Origin: Takakia lepidozioides
Lineage: Eukaryota; Plantae; Bryophyta
DNA length: 64,000 bases
Direction of reading: 5' to 3'
NCBI GenBank assembly: GCA_030704615.1
Contig: CM060731.1
Location: 38,254,001 to 38,318,000, forward strand
Shown: positions 1 through 14,500 of the stretch, one piece after another
Layout: every line of letters begins with the position of its first letter
Position numbering within the stretch: position 1 is the first letter of the stretch
The notes under the pieces: model-generated
Told to the model about the DNA's origin: nothing
Seen by the model: the letters and a program-made list of their open reading frames with translations, nothing else
Databases searched by the model: none
Position numbers and translations under genes: made by a program

Positions 1-1215
1 GAAAGGCAAATATCCTTCCTAAAAGTAGGGCACCGGTTGATTTCCACTTCGGCCATTTTTTCCCTCGGATCCATTTCCTGAGGTTTCATATTTCATTCGG
101 AAATTTTGGAATTCAGTCGGCTAGCATGTAACTGGCTGCCGGTTCTCCCCGGACGTTGGCATGAGTGCTTTAAGTTCTTACCTTATTCCTAGTGTCCTCT
201 AGTTCTAAGTAGAGTAGATGTTCCACGTGGCGGCCATATCCACTGATTCGACCAAGGGCACCTCTGAAAAGTTTTGTCGTGATGTGAAATGCATGGCCCA
301 CCGTTGTCCCTCTTCCCGAACTTCTTTTCACGCAGCTCTTCACTATCCATGGCTGATCACCAAGGGAACGTCTATCTACTTCCACTCGTGTCTGCAACAT
401 CCACCCTTGCCTATGTGTCACTTTCATTGGAAAAGTGGGTGGAAGAAGGGGTGTCAGACGCTCTCTTCCACTGCCGCTCATGAGAAAAGGGCCTAACTGT
501 CCAGCTTGCAACGCATATGGGCCACGTCATCAGGAATGGAGAGATCGACGTGGCGATCTGTGACTGGAAGGAGGCTCAAGGGCACCGGTCCGGCCCCGTC
601 GCTGGCGGGTCTTTTTCCCTTCGTGATTTTATTGCTGTAAACCCCAGCGAGTAGGTACTGTGGCTGTGGATTCTGCGCTCCATCATGCCGTCGTGTTTGT
701 TGCTTTTTGGCTCTTGCGTCTGCAAAGATAGCTGCTGATGCTTCTGTTTTCCCAGGGGACGCTGGGATTGTTACGGAAGCCGCATTTTGGTGAATATTCA
801 AAATCTTGCAAGAGTTTTTGGAACTGTTGTGGACAAACGGCCTATATACAAAATTGCTTACAGATGAGGCCTGCCTGCGGGGGGAGATCGAGTGTGGGAA
901 AACTACGACTACTTTTAACAAGTGGCGAGAGCACTGGTGAAGATGTTGAACCTTGTGATGGCTACTGGAATGTTTGCCCTAGAAGACAAGTCATTTCAAA
1001 TTGTATAAATTTTTTAGTGCAAGCGTGGCACGAACAACCTTGACTCGGTTCTGTAGGGAAACATTTTCCTCTGTATTGGTAGTGGTTCTGCCTTTGGAAA
1101 CCCCGTGTGTGAAGGAGGGCCCTCAGGAGTGAGATTACTTGCTAAAGTATCGGTACCTCAATACGGTACAATGGTGCTCACGTTTCCAGAGCAGCAGTCT
1201 TTTCTGGAAACAAAA

Positions 1216-4200
1216 ATGCCTAGAAGGTCCAGAATGTCCAATGGAGCTCTTAATTTCAAGGAAAAGGAGCCCCGAGTGCAACCCCCTGACAAGAAACGGC
1301 TCCAGATATATCAGCACTATCAAGATTTTCGCGAATTTAACGCATTGGAGTAAGCTTCTTTCCGTAGTTGTTTTTCAATGGGCCCATTAGAGCCATCTTT
1401 ATGAGAAGAAGAAAAACAAGAGGAGGAAAATACAGTGTACAGGTCCAGTAGAGCAATGTTTTCAGTACCGACATGATCTACTTCCCATATAATTGGCTTC
1501 GGACAAGGGCAGAATCTGCGTGCCCTGGGGAACCGAAGGCAATACACGAGGTGCCCCCGTCCTTTAAGCTACCTATCCTGTGAGCTCGTACGTTATCATT
1601 GGCCTAATTATAACTAGTGTTCGGCTATTAAGAGCCTAGAAACAACTAAGGCTTAGTAGTTGAAAGGCATAAGATCCCCCTCAACACATAATGTGAGTAG
1701 AGACTTCGTTTCACCGACTCCGTCACAACTTGAACTGGATGGTTCCGCTCTCTTTCATGCCAATCTCAACTTTGGGCGGGCTTCAAATCAAAACAAACAT
1801 ACACTTCATCTGTTTGCTCATTGATCATATATATGTAGTGCTAAAGGTGGGAGTGGCTACAGTGCTGTATGTTGTTGACAAGGGGAGGGTTGGTGTAGGG
1901 ATTTCTATTGGTTTTATGCAGAATGGGACAAGATTAATGCTAGGTTTGTCAAAAGGTTCGGAAGGACGGTGCCAGAATTGTTAATAGAACTCCAGCACAT
2001 GTTCCGAGTGAAACTTGAGAATTCTGATGTACTCGAAAGCACCAAAAGAAAAGAGGACAATGATGGTAATGAAAATGTGGTACGAGTGTTCTTCTTTCAC
2101 AACTTTCTCACCAAATCTTTCGGTTTCAGCACTTACCATGGAATTTCTGATTTCAGTACTAAACTGCAGCTCACTTTGCTTGAGAAAAGACATATGTGAT
2201 GTCTCTGCACACAAATTTCCATGGAGAGTTTGCCTTCGTGTCTTTCAGATTGTTCTGGACAACCAGGAAGAGCATAACATAAGACTTGAGAGAGAGAAAA
2301 AAAAGTTTGTAACATCCTTCAATAATAGAGACAGAAAAAGAAAGAAGGTCAGAAAGAACATTATACATCCAGAGGGCCCCAAGAGTTCATTGAACAATGT
2401 AGAACAATACAACAAAGAGAGAGAGAGAGAGTTTTTACCAATGTGGTTTCCTGGTGGGATGCAGTCTCCTGTCAGAAAGAGATGATTAAACTAAGGGTGT
2501 CATGGACAGTGGTATATGAGTTTGCGGGATAATTGGGGAAAAGCAGAGGCACCAAGAGGGGACCCTATAATCATGAAGCCCCCTTCCCCAAAAGTACCTA
2601 TGCGCATTGGACGTCCAGACAGAGACAATCCTGTCATCAAGTACTTTGACCACCCTGATGCTCATTTGAAAAAGCCGATGGCCAAGTGGGGTGATTTTGA
2701 GCGGTTCTGTTCTGAACGTGTGGAACGCCTGAAAATTGCAGAGCCACACTACCCAGACTTTCCTGCATTGAAGGTAGACATTGATTAACCCCTCTTCAAC
2801 TATCTCTAACGCATCCAGATTACGTTTATCCAGGCAAACACTCAAGGCAAAGTGAAGGAAGTTAACATTCACTCTTTGTACTTCACACTGGTGGTGTGCT
2901 TGTTTATTGGTTTGGTCCTTGTCACACCGAGACAAGTCTTGTGAAAGCATCCTACACATAGAGCCAGACAAAGTTAGGTGGTCTCTGGCAGTAAGCATTT
3001 TGCTGAGTTAGTTTGGTTGTGAAGCTGGCAGGTCTTCGGACACCGCATACGCCATAGAGTGCCCAATCCATGTTCACCGATGCTAATGCAGGAGGTTGTC
3101 AAGAAGGTAGTTGTCTGTCCTTATTACATCGAGCTGTTTCATTCCTGTCTGCAGATATTGTTTATGTATCACACGAGCTTCGTAAAGAGAAAGAATCCTT
3201 AATTCAGGATACTAAGGGTATATAAAGAGGCAAGAGACCTGCTGTTCAATCAAGAATTGTGTCATGCAGGAACCAAGAGGAATAACGTTACCAGCAGAAC
3301 AAAAAACTCCTTCAGCATGTTATGAGGGTCCAGCAGCATTATTGAGCCCTTCAAATCTTCAGTATGTTTGCAAGCTGGGTGCGCAGCCTTGTCACTAAAT
3401 GCTCTCGCGATAAGATTCCGTAGGCTTGACACACACATAGTTTTGTAGGTAGCACAATATAATATCAGGATGTTTATCCATGGAGGGACACACCTTTACA
3501 AGATAGTACTCTGTGATTCTATTGGTTCTGTCCCTTCTCTTGATAATTTCCAGGCCACAAGCTGGACCTTATATCATGTGTTGCTCACAGAATTACAACG
3601 TTTGATAGCCCTTTTACCACAATTAGAACACCTCATTCTGGCTGCTTTGTTAGGATATGATCAACTATGAGTCATGTTCAGTTTCGGTCAATTGTCCAGC
3701 AGCTTACATAGGCTGATTGCAGTTTGACTCAAAAGGGCCTTGACAAATCTCAGTTTCCTTTAGTAGGTGTCTCACAATTTGCGACCCTTCCATTCTGGCC
3801 ACCTCTTCAGAGCCTTTTTGATACAATACTGTCACCAATTGGTGCACTACTCCTTGTCACAAGCTTCCAACCTTGATCAATTTGTTTTCGCCTTTGGACA
3901 CTGAGCGGGTGACTCAACAGGTGAGGAAAGCACTCAGTCAGTAAAGTTGGAGAATCTAGGTTCCACGGTCTTATTTTACACCTGGGAACGCAGGCCTACG
4001 GAGATGCGTGGTGTAGTTACAGCCAAGGTGACCCTAGGTCTGCTGCATCTTCCCTTTGTGCCTTGCAATTTCTCTGTTTTAATCATTTGGGTGTATTTGT
4101 GGTGCCTATCATCTGTGGAACAGCTGGCACAAGGTATTTACACTTGTTGCCTACCTAGTTTGGATGGTTGTGTCATCAGGGAGTCTGCTTAAGGTAAAAG

Positions 4201-6614
4201 CAGGAGAAAGAGATGACAGAGGTGGTTCACTGACTTGGTTTTATTACACTGCTGGGGACAGGCAAGCATATAACAAATTGCAGGGTCTTCTCAGTCATGA
4301 ATGGATCTGGGAGTTTAATGCCAGGGGAGATTAGAGACTTTGTGTTCAAATTCAGATCTGATGCACCAGGCATTTTTTCGGAGAGCTGGGTGTTGCGTGT
4401 AGCTCCGAAGCTGCTTCATGGACTCAAGCCTCTCCCCCTCAAGGGTTTCGTAGTCGGCGTGGACAACAATAGGTTGGACAAGCTTTCTCTCTTGTCGTCT
4501 CTAAATAAACAGACTCATAAAACTCGGTTTTCTGGGGCTGCAGTCAGGATTCTCGGCTACCTGGCCCCTCATTCACCATGGGCCTTTGCTGATGTAGGAT
4601 TGGTTACAAATGTTAGTGTTGAACTCACTTTCTTACATAGTTGCAGTTGAAAAAAGTATATATTCACAATTAATATAGTATTCAATTGGTATTGGAAAGC
4701 AAAGAGCAGGTCAATTGAGAGGACAAAATATCCTTGGAGGTTATCTGTAGGGCTGCTGCCAGTCGGAGATGGTCATTGTTTCCCAATTGAAGATGCTTGC
4801 TGTCATAAGTTGATCACTGGCTTTTTCTTCTGTGAGAGTGCTTCCTAGGTTTTGAGTACATTTGACTATGAAAGGAAGTGTCCAACCACAGTGGAAAACT
4901 CAGAAATAACAACTAGCACATTTTGGTACATCTTCATTTTGGTACCTCTGCATATATGCATCTCTTCTGCAACAGATTTGGTTGTACAATTTTGGTGACA
5001 GAAAACTGCGACAGAAACTAAGTAAGGCGTTGGTACACCGGGAAATGATTCGTGGAATTGATGAGACCTTTGAGGCTGTTCTTTACAAAGCAGTCAAGAC
5101 ATCCCACCCAACTGAGGAAATGAGAAAAAATCAGTACATGTTCTCTTCTGCAGCATTCAACTTCATAAGAAACAACCTTGCTCTGGAGCCTCCCGTTTAC
5201 TTTGTGCCGTCTATCTACAGAAAGTTTCAAAACCTGGCCAGACTAGTGAGGGAAATGGTGCCACAACCACCACCCACAGGATTAGGTAGTGCAACATTTC
5301 CAAGACCGGCTGAAGGAAGTGAAGCTGCTGCACTGTCGATGGCTACCCTAGAGGGAATGACAGAAGATGATTTGGCTTCCACAGTTCTGGAAAAATTGGA
5401 AGCAATTGAATCTGAAGAAGCATTGTCTGCTCTCCCAGATGTCATGTCAGGTGATGGGTTGTTGGCCACAACAATGGCAGAATTAGAGACAAGTGAATCT
5501 GAGGTCCCAAGGGATGGCGTTGTGGCTGGAATCTTTGCTGAAGCAGGAAATGTTGAAGCTGCTGCAGCATGGGTTGTTCTCCCTGGTGAGGTGCCATGGG
5601 ATGGTTCCGTGGCCACTATCTTGGCAGGCATTGACAATATTCAAGATGAAGAGCAACAGAAAATACTACAGGAGGAGATAGCTATATTAATTGAATCAGC
5701 TCAAATTCCTCCCCATCAAACTGCTCTTCTTCATGTGTCCATGTACAGGACACTTCATGACCTCACTGACTCAGTAGCAGAGGTCTTTGAGAATGTGACA
5801 GAAGAATCTGGACGGCCCCTGGCTGAAAGGTTGATGCAGAATTTTTATGCAAATTTTGAGCGAGAAAGAGCCAACAAGGAAGAGCAAGAGAAACTTGATG
5901 CGCAAAGCGATCGAGAGACTGGTGACAGGAAGGTGAGCTGATTTCACCTGTTGGCTACTGTGATCCATTTAGATGGCACCATCCTTTTAATTTATTGAGT
6001 AAACTGGTCCCAGCTACCTGGAAGGGGATAGTCAATCCGTCATGGCAACAAGACTTGCAGGTAGACTGCCTGCCTGCCTGCCAGCAGCAGGATGTGTGGG
6101 CAACTGGGGATCAGGACTACCCAGTGAAAAGCTAAACACATTGAAGGTGGCCTGCTTTCCCAGAAACAGACATGTCCCAGCCCTGCAGTCTTAGGCTGTA
6201 GGAGTGTGCTGCCAAGTAGACAAAGTGATGTGTCGGTATTTGTTTTCTTCCCAGGTTAAGGATCCAGCGGAGTTATTGATTGCGATTGAAAAAGAATCTC
6301 TAGAAGCGGTGGGCTTATCTCCAAAAGGAGTTGGGTCGTCTTGCTCTAAGACTGACGACCAGGAGATGCTGGAGTATTGCCTGAGGTGGATCCATATCAT
6401 GACTGAACTTAGATGCCTCATGATTCATGGCTTCAGCAACTACGAGGAACAGATACATCAAGAGCAAGCTGCCGTCGGAGAACTTCTAGAAGAAAAGATT
6501 GAGGAATATGCAAAGCATAAAGATGAGATTGCATGCTGGAACGTCTTTGCGCTGGAGAGACAGAAACAAGTGCTGATGGAAGAAGAACAGAGACTACGTG
6601 AGGATAATGATTAA
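1216..6614 (+). CDS. MYCBP-associated protein (MYCBPAP)-like, multi-exon, cilia/flagella-associated family
   Basis: Phase-compatible GT-AG exons ~1216-1349, 1899-2065, 2496-2773, ~3033-3106, ~3270-3361, ~3880/3920-4027, ~4262-4472, ~5002-5931 and ~6255-6614 (TAA). Motifs GQWYMSLR, LENLGSTVLFYTW and GSLMPGEIRDFVFKFRSDAPGIFSESWVL resemble MYCBPAP. Some internal boundaries are approximate. Confidence 0.72.
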
Positions 6615-8503
6615 ATCAGAATCAGCCTTGAGGTGTGTTATCTGCTCTCTTCAAGGATGTTGGGTCTAAAATGTGGAGTGTACATCAACGGAGATGGATA
6701 GAAAGACAAATGTGAAGCATCCCATAATGGCAGTAGCATCTATCAAAACAAATCTGATGGTGAAAGAAAGCCACCTGCCAATAACTTCCCCTGATGCACC
6801 CCATCTTGCAAGCTGTGCCACTGTTTCACATTAAACAACAATGTTCAAACATGTACATCACCTTGCACTTTTACAACTCTACGGGCAGGCTCTAGAAATG
6901 GCAGCATGAAGGCCTGAATCTGGTTGCAGGGGAAAAACTACTTCCTTTCCAGGCAGGCTTCACGTCCGTGTACATCACAGTAACTCTAGCAAATATGGTG
7001 TAGGCTGCATGACTGGTGTTTCAGGACTCTCTGCAGATAAACCCTAGACCCATACTCTGGATGCAGGCACCATTTTCCAGCAATTACAGGACAAAGTTGC
7101 AGCAAAATCAACCGTGGAAAGGTAAAGGAATTGGCTGCCTACTGGGTTTGCTTGGGAGATTACCCCAAATAGGCTGCTGTGAGGCATCAAATGCTTCACC
7201 ATCCCCAGATTCCCTTGTACATTTGAAGGTATTGGAAACTGATACAGCTGATGTTGCCTAAGTTGCCTCCAAGTTTATGGTCCAATTTTTTGTGTCTTGT
7301 GAAGAACATCCACTTCTGCGTACTCTATTGTGAAGTAGTTTGACATGCTTCCTAGTGAACAAGAAGGTTGGAGGAAAGAGGAAAGCGTATTTAGAGCCAC
7401 TGCAATTTGGGAGGCAGTCAGCTCTGATTTTTCATTTTATCCACACCTACTAGGTGATGCCTGAACTTGTGTTGCTTACTTCCCTCTTAATAGTCGAATG
7501 GCTGTTTTTTGCCTGAATCAGGTATGATATTATTAGCGATAATTGTCTCCATATGTAAGTGTCTCCATATATGTTGGATGAAAACTTGAAACGTTGGATG
7601 ATAAATATCCATACCAACACATTAAGTAAGATAATGTCCTTCTGTCGAAGCAATCTCAAATAATCCTCGCACTCCCGCAGCTCTTCTGCAACTTGGATTA
7701 TTCTCACTTGGATTATTCTCGATAATGCTCCTCCGCATTGACATTATCTAATACTTAGCTGGACTTCCTCCTTTATCCATCATTCAACCCTAACAGGAGC
7801 CATCCATGTATTTAGTATTGACCGCGGAAACCCTTACAAATAATGTACGTTAATCTAATACATGTTAATCTAATACATGCACCTATACAGCTCACTCGGG
7901 AGGCTCTGGCAACATCACAGCCGTTGCAGGATTAACGACTTGGATTGTACGAGGATCTGGTTGGCCTATCTTTTCTTGACACCTGCTGATAAGCTTGTCC
8001 TGGGTTACGGGTATAAGGTTGAGGCTAACCTGCGTAAGTTAAAAGGATCCCATGCTGTGTATGTACGTATGTACAAGTTGGTGTTCAATGTAGGGATGTG
8101 TACCGGCGGCGTGGATGTGTTGCCCATATATTCTGTGCGTCGAATCCTCTGCGGGTACCTCTGTCTGCGTAGCATAGCACGCTACTCCATACTCATTGTA
8201 TGTGTTGTCGAGGATCACCGCATCTCCACCAACCACAAAACTAATCATCACGCGAACATTAGCACCGTTACCACTACCAGTTCAGTTGTCAAGCTCACTG
8301 GGAAAAGCGAGGACGATGAGTGCCTTGAAGGCTCGTAGGGTTTGTGGTTTCAGCATGTAAACCAGCCTTCAGTGCCTCCTTCGTGTTGAGATTATACTTG
8401 ATTCTACTCTTGGACGGGAACATGATTATGTTTTATAGCATCTGAACTAGTCTCAATCGCAGATTTCGTCACTGTGTCCAGACGAAGGTGAGTCCCTGTG
8501 GAT

Positions 8504-11500
8504 ATGGCCGCCTTATCCGCGTCTGTAGCAGGAATGCAGCAGCTGGTAGTTTCGGGACCAGCCTCTTGGTGCGGATCACAAAGCTCTCGTAGCATTCCCC
8601 TTGATCGTAATAAGGATGGCCTCTTTTGCAGACATGCGCGAGTAATCTCAGGAAAGGGAGCTCACTCCCGTTTTCCTAGTGGAGCTTCGTTTGTTTTACC
8701 ACGGAGGATGAATAGTTTGCAGATAATTGCCAGTATAGCACCTGCAAAGGCGCCAGCTGACACGTCGGAGGGCACGACATGTTCCTTCAATGTGCTTATT
8801 ACAGGATCTACCAAAGGTTTGTTGACTCTCCACACTTGTGTTCTTGTGCTTTCCTGACTTATATATTGATGTCCCCCCGCATCAATAAGAATTTAGCGTA
8901 GTTTTCTCTAGAAACATACAAGTCCGCACCTCGATTCGTGTCTCGTGTTTTTGTGTCCTAAGTTGTACAGTTGCAAAGCTTCCCCTTTTCGCTCTACTTG
9001 TTCCGAAACTTTTAAAGGCCGAGTAAAGATGAATTGCGTAAATTTAGTTCGTACCTCTGGTAGTAGCTGCAAATGAAGCCTAATGGTAACGGATCTTTAA
9101 TGCATAACCATGAGGGCTAGAATGTTTAGGTCTGCTCTTGCCCTGCTACCCTTGCATTTTGTAATAATCCTCAACGGAAGTTGAATCAGACCGACCAAAG
9201 AGGATGTGGCCATGTGTGAATACAGGAGTTGGATTGGCACTAGCAAAAGAGTTTTTACGAAACGGAGATAATGTCGTAATCTGTTCACGATCAGGCATGC
9301 TCTCTGCCTTCTCATCAGTCTCTAATTGGGATAAGGACGCCTAACAACAGATACGTAAGATGGGCGATTCTATTTCTTGGAAGCAAGACTGTCCTGTTAA
9401 ACAGCTAAGTCCTGGTGGAAAAGAGTAGAGGAGATTTTCAAGTACCTCAATATTAGGAAGGAAGAACTTACCCTGCTAGGTGAAGCTGAATGGTCTAAGG
9501 CCATCTGGGAAGCATGAAGAATTTCTGAACAGGACGAAGTTAGGCATAAAACCTCCCTGAACTTGCTTCCAGTGAGTGACTTGGGTGAGGACCTTCAAGC
9601 TGACCTGAAGAGCCTACCTTGCCTGCCCAATGTGTTGGCAGATACAATATGGATTTTCTGACACAACGTTCGGGGTATGAGCGAGCCTGTGTAGGACCAT
9701 CAAGAACATAGTCGCAGCACCTCTGTCCACTAACTGTCAAGATCTGGAGGCTGAGCCTAAACCTTGGCCCTGTTGGGGTTTATTGTTGGGCAGATCACAC
9801 ACAGCAGATTGATGCTTGTGTGAAGGGCTTTCTGGAGGAAATCTGGAAAGCCTGAACAAATTGTTCATATTACAGTAAGTCCCACTACTGGAGTGAGTCC
9901 CTCACAAAGGTAGCATCGATTTCCTTCCGTTATGCCCATGGGCGTGGGGTCTATGGCCACAAGGCTGCAGCTAACAACGTCTTATGAGTACATTCTAATT
10001 GGAATCAGGGATGGACCTTCAATTTGTGGGGAAGGACACCCTCTGTAGTTTCATACTCTTCTCCAGGTTTGCTTGTTGATTATCTGAGAATGGATGGCAA
10101 GTAATCATCCACTTCTGCAACTAGCTAGGAAGCCAGGCTTCAGGCAGAATGAGTGTTGATGGCCATCTGTCGGTGCTGTGGTGGTTGCAATCCCTGTGCC
10201 GTTCTTATCATATGATAATTTTCTTTCTTTGTTTCTTTCCCGGCTTTAATTGGCTGGATTTGGCCTTTCTCAATCACTACTTGCAGAGGAGCGGGTTCAG
10301 AACACAGTGCAAGAGCTCAAAGGGGAGTTTGGGGAGCAACGTGTCTGGGTGGGTTTGTCCTTTCTAAGTCCCCTCTCTCATTGGATGGATGGGTACCGAC
10401 CAGCCATTGTCTAGAAAATTGCAGGTCTCAACCCCAAAACAATATCTAAGAGCAAGTAACAAGCTACCCTTGGTACCAAGTGATCCTTTTCTAAGATCTA
10501 CATGTCCTAAGTCACTCTTCCCAAGTATGGTTATAGTTTTACTTGTGTAGGTTGTACTTGTATACCCAGGTAGCAATTGGAGGCCCTTACGGGACAGGTG
10601 GGCAGTAGTACTCACTTCTTTTTTTATGCTGGCAGGGGAAGGCTTGTGATGTTCGAGATGCGAAAAGCTTAGAAGCACTGACTGATTTGGCTAAGAGTAA
10701 GCTTGGTCATGTTGACATTTGGGTAGGCTTCATTCAGCTCTCTCTCTGTTGGCTAGGCTCTACTGTTGTGTTTTTGCAGTTGTTCTACTACACTCACACA
10801 GTGTTTGAGCATGGTTGTGCAACCCTTGTAAGTTGGGAATTGACATTCTTGATTTTCTGATGGATGGAGTTCTAAGCTAAGTTGGGTGCGATATACCCCC
10901 ATGATCCCATGTTTGGAAATACTCGAGTGATTCTGGAATAGGCAAGATGCTGATGTTGATTGTGAGGGATTGCTCAAATTGGGACAGATAAACAATGCCG
11001 GCACGAATGCATATACATACAAACCACTGGTGGATTCCAGCGATGCTGACATCATGTAAGTTTCTCAACCTATATGCGAGCAAGTTGTGTTATGGTCAAA
11101 GGCCAGAAGTCTAGTTTCCTTACATTGACCACAAGTGTAGCTCAAGGTTGTACCCTCTCCCCACTGCTCTTCAAGGTTTTCATGGATCAGCTCCTTGAAG
11201 ATGTGGAAAGCAAGGGATTTGGGTTAAAGGTGGGGCATGCCACCATACCAGCTCTTATGTTTGTGGATGACCTTGGCATATTTTGGTGTTGTTTTCCCCC
11301 AGTTGTAACTCGGATGCACATATACAAAAAGTTGTTAAAACACTTTTTGTCTCACTCAATTTTCCCACTGCAGAGGGATTAATATTGAAGACCATGCTTT
11401 GCAACATTATTAGGCCTACCTTGGAGAATGCATCTGCCGTGTGGGTGGGCAACTCCAACCATGCTAAAACTTTAGAACCCTTTCAGCTCTCGGTGCTCAA

Positions 11501-14500
11501 AGACAGCATGTCAGCATGCTCTATAAGTAACATGGCTGTTCGGGGAGAGTTTGTACCACCCTTGAGCTCTCGACGTGATAAGCTCAAGGTCAGAAGGTGG
11601 GGTCAGTTGATTCACATGCCTAATACCAGATACCCGAAGATGATCGACTATTTCTTGGAAGCATGACCTTCCTGTTAAACAGACCAAGTCCTGGCGGAAA
11701 AAGGTAGAGGAAATGTTCAAGTACTGGAAAATTAGGCAGGAAGGACCGACTCTGGTAGATGAAGCTGACGTGGAGGCTGAATGGCTTAAGGCCCTGTCAG
11801 AAGCACGAAGAACGTCCGAACAACATGAAGTTAGGCATAAAACTTTTAACAACAAACAGATGCAGAGAGGAAAGGGAGACATACACTTGTGTGGGCGTCC
11901 GGAAGATAATATCCATTTTCTGGTACAATCTGCAGGGTATTCTCATCAGTGAGCGACCCTCTTCAGGACCATGAAGAACTTTATCCCTGAACCTCTGCTC
12001 ACCAACAGCAGATTGATTGTGTGAAGAGCTTTCTAGAGGAAATCTGGAAAGCCCGAACCAATTGTTTGTAGAAAGGTAAATCCCACTATTCAAGTGAGTG
12101 TCTGTTCACTTGCGTTCTGCCCAAACTGGGTGTGGGGTCTATGGCCACAAGGCTACAACAAACAAGGTTTTATGAGTACATCTCTGGGTTTTTCTCCTGG
12201 TGGGTTGACTTGAAGTAGCAGTAGTGCTTTTGAAAACTTGTCATGTCTAGGATAGATAGGATAGATAGATGCCATATGTTCTTGCGCTTCCTTGAGTCTT
12301 ACCTTCACACTTTTGTTTGGCAGGGAGATTGTTGAGACAAACACACTTGGTGTAATGCTTAGTTGCCGACAGGTATCATCTCTCAAGGCATTGCACAGTG
12401 CTGCAGCTTGTTACTTTAGCTTGTGAAGGGTGACTGTATTTGAGACTGCTCAAATGCCATGTTTCTGAATCTCCTTCGGTTACACAAGTTGATCTACCCT
12501 TTCCTTCTTTGACCACCACTTATATCAATGTGATCATGGATTGGCCACAGCCCACAAAACAATACACAAGGACTTCCCAAGGGCAAGGCATTATTTCCAA
12601 ATAACGTATGGTTCAGCCTGTACATTTGGCTATGCTGGAAAGTGCCTTGTGCTGCAAGCTTCAGTAGTATTGAAGGGGGTGAGGCAGAAAGAGATAATAA
12701 GAGTATTCAACTAATCAGACTTAAGTCGCCATTTCCGGGTGCAAGCAATTAGAAAGGAGAGGGAACAATAGGGAAGTGACTACTGTTGTTACTGAGCCAG
12801 TAGTAGGACTCACTTCTGTAGGTGGTGATGGCCATGTAGCATGTGTCAGAGACTAGGATTGACCCAGGAGAGAAAAGAGAAAGCAGGACCCAGGACCCTC
12901 TAATAAGCAACATGGGACCTTCACTTTGCCAATTGACCCAGAGCTTTTTAAACTAAAAGCAGACATGGTTTGGATGCAGTGATATTGGGGAGGTTTGTTG
13001 AGAGTCTCAAGGGTGCAGTTTGGGATTCGAGGAACAGGCTATTAGATTAATGAGGGAGCAACCTCGGGGGGGGCATATTTTCAACATGGACGGTGCAGGT
13101 GCTGATGGCAATCCAACTCCTAGGTTTGTGAAATCACCCTTTTGTCCACCTATGTGACATTGGCATACAAGTACATTCTAGTCAGCTGATGTAGTTGATT
13201 ATGAAATTGAGAAACTATGTTCTTGTGGAACATCAATCTGCTTCCTTTCCTTCAACATGTATGATCAATTGGGCAGCAATTTGTGTTTCAATTTTTTAAG
13301 ATCTGCACAATTCTCAGGTTGTGTTGCACATAACTGAATATTTGCTGGGTGTACATGTTTATACTAAGTATATTCAGCTCACAAATAATTGGATAAGGTG
13401 AAATTTTCTGTATTAGCTTTTCATGAATATTATAGCATCTAGAGTCATCCCTCTGAGTAGTTGGCCCAACTAGAGGGAAAAGAAGGTGGGGTGGAGTTGC
13501 AGGTTCGCAGCATATGGAGCTACCAAACGCAGCCTGGCCCAATTCACCAAATCTCTACAGGTTTTTGCATCCTCGTCTTCTCCTTATTCAGCTAGCAAAT
13601 ACAATGCAATTTTGGTAGCCCATCAAGATTTTACCACAGAGATATGTCAGAGAGGAGACTCTAGGTTTCCAGAATTCAGAGATCATTCCTTTCAACCCTG
13701 GGGCTTGGCTGACCAACAGTCCCCACATATGTTGGACTCTCCTAGAAACACCTGGAGCTACTTCTACCCACAAGTGAAGGATAAACACATCTGCCTTCTT
13801 TACATGGGCAGTGTAGTTATTTTTCGTCATACACGTATTTGGATGAACTTCAAGTTGGTCAAGAGATAATTGGCCATTGTGATGCCATAATAGATCTGGT
13901 TGGTGTGCAGGCAGAGCTGCGAATGCAGGGCCTTCAGAATGTAGTGGTTCATAATCTCTCGGTAAGGTTTCTCTAGCTTGCACACAAGTTCTTTCTGTCC
14001 TTAAGTACAATGTGGACTACCTTTCTGCCATACGTTCCTACTGATGTAAACATACATAATCATCTCTACACACCTTTTAGACTAGCCTATTAGGACATCA
14101 AAAAGTTCCAATTGAAGTGATTGGAAGAGCATGGAAAGAGATTCTGAGCCAGGCCACGCTTGGCCATAGATTCTCATTTAATATCAACAACCAGAAGTTT
14201 GTCGCCACTGTAGCACTATTCAAGGGCCAAACTATGCACTGAGTGGTGATTGGTCAAGCATGTACCTTTCTCTACATCTTTGACTATAACCTGAGAGGGT
14301 CTTTTGAGTTTTATTTGTACATAATTGTGACATTACTACTTGAGCCTAGTGTAAAAATAGAACCTGACGAGCTGTCAATGGATGGATATTTCAGTACATA
14401 TCCTTCACTCCATTTTTTTGAACTGGTGGGAGAGGCTTCATAGATTTCATCAAAATGCAAAGATTCTGACAATGGTTGCTGAATTCATACAGAAGTGTTG

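Noticed and set aside
1-1100. Short ORFs or a possible element end at the window start
   Set aside because: No motif, terminal repeat partner or TSD identified within the window.
2015-2485. 156-aa ORF as a separate gene
   Set aside because: It lies mostly in MYCBPAP-like intron 2; the flanking exons join in phase without it and no domain is recognisable.
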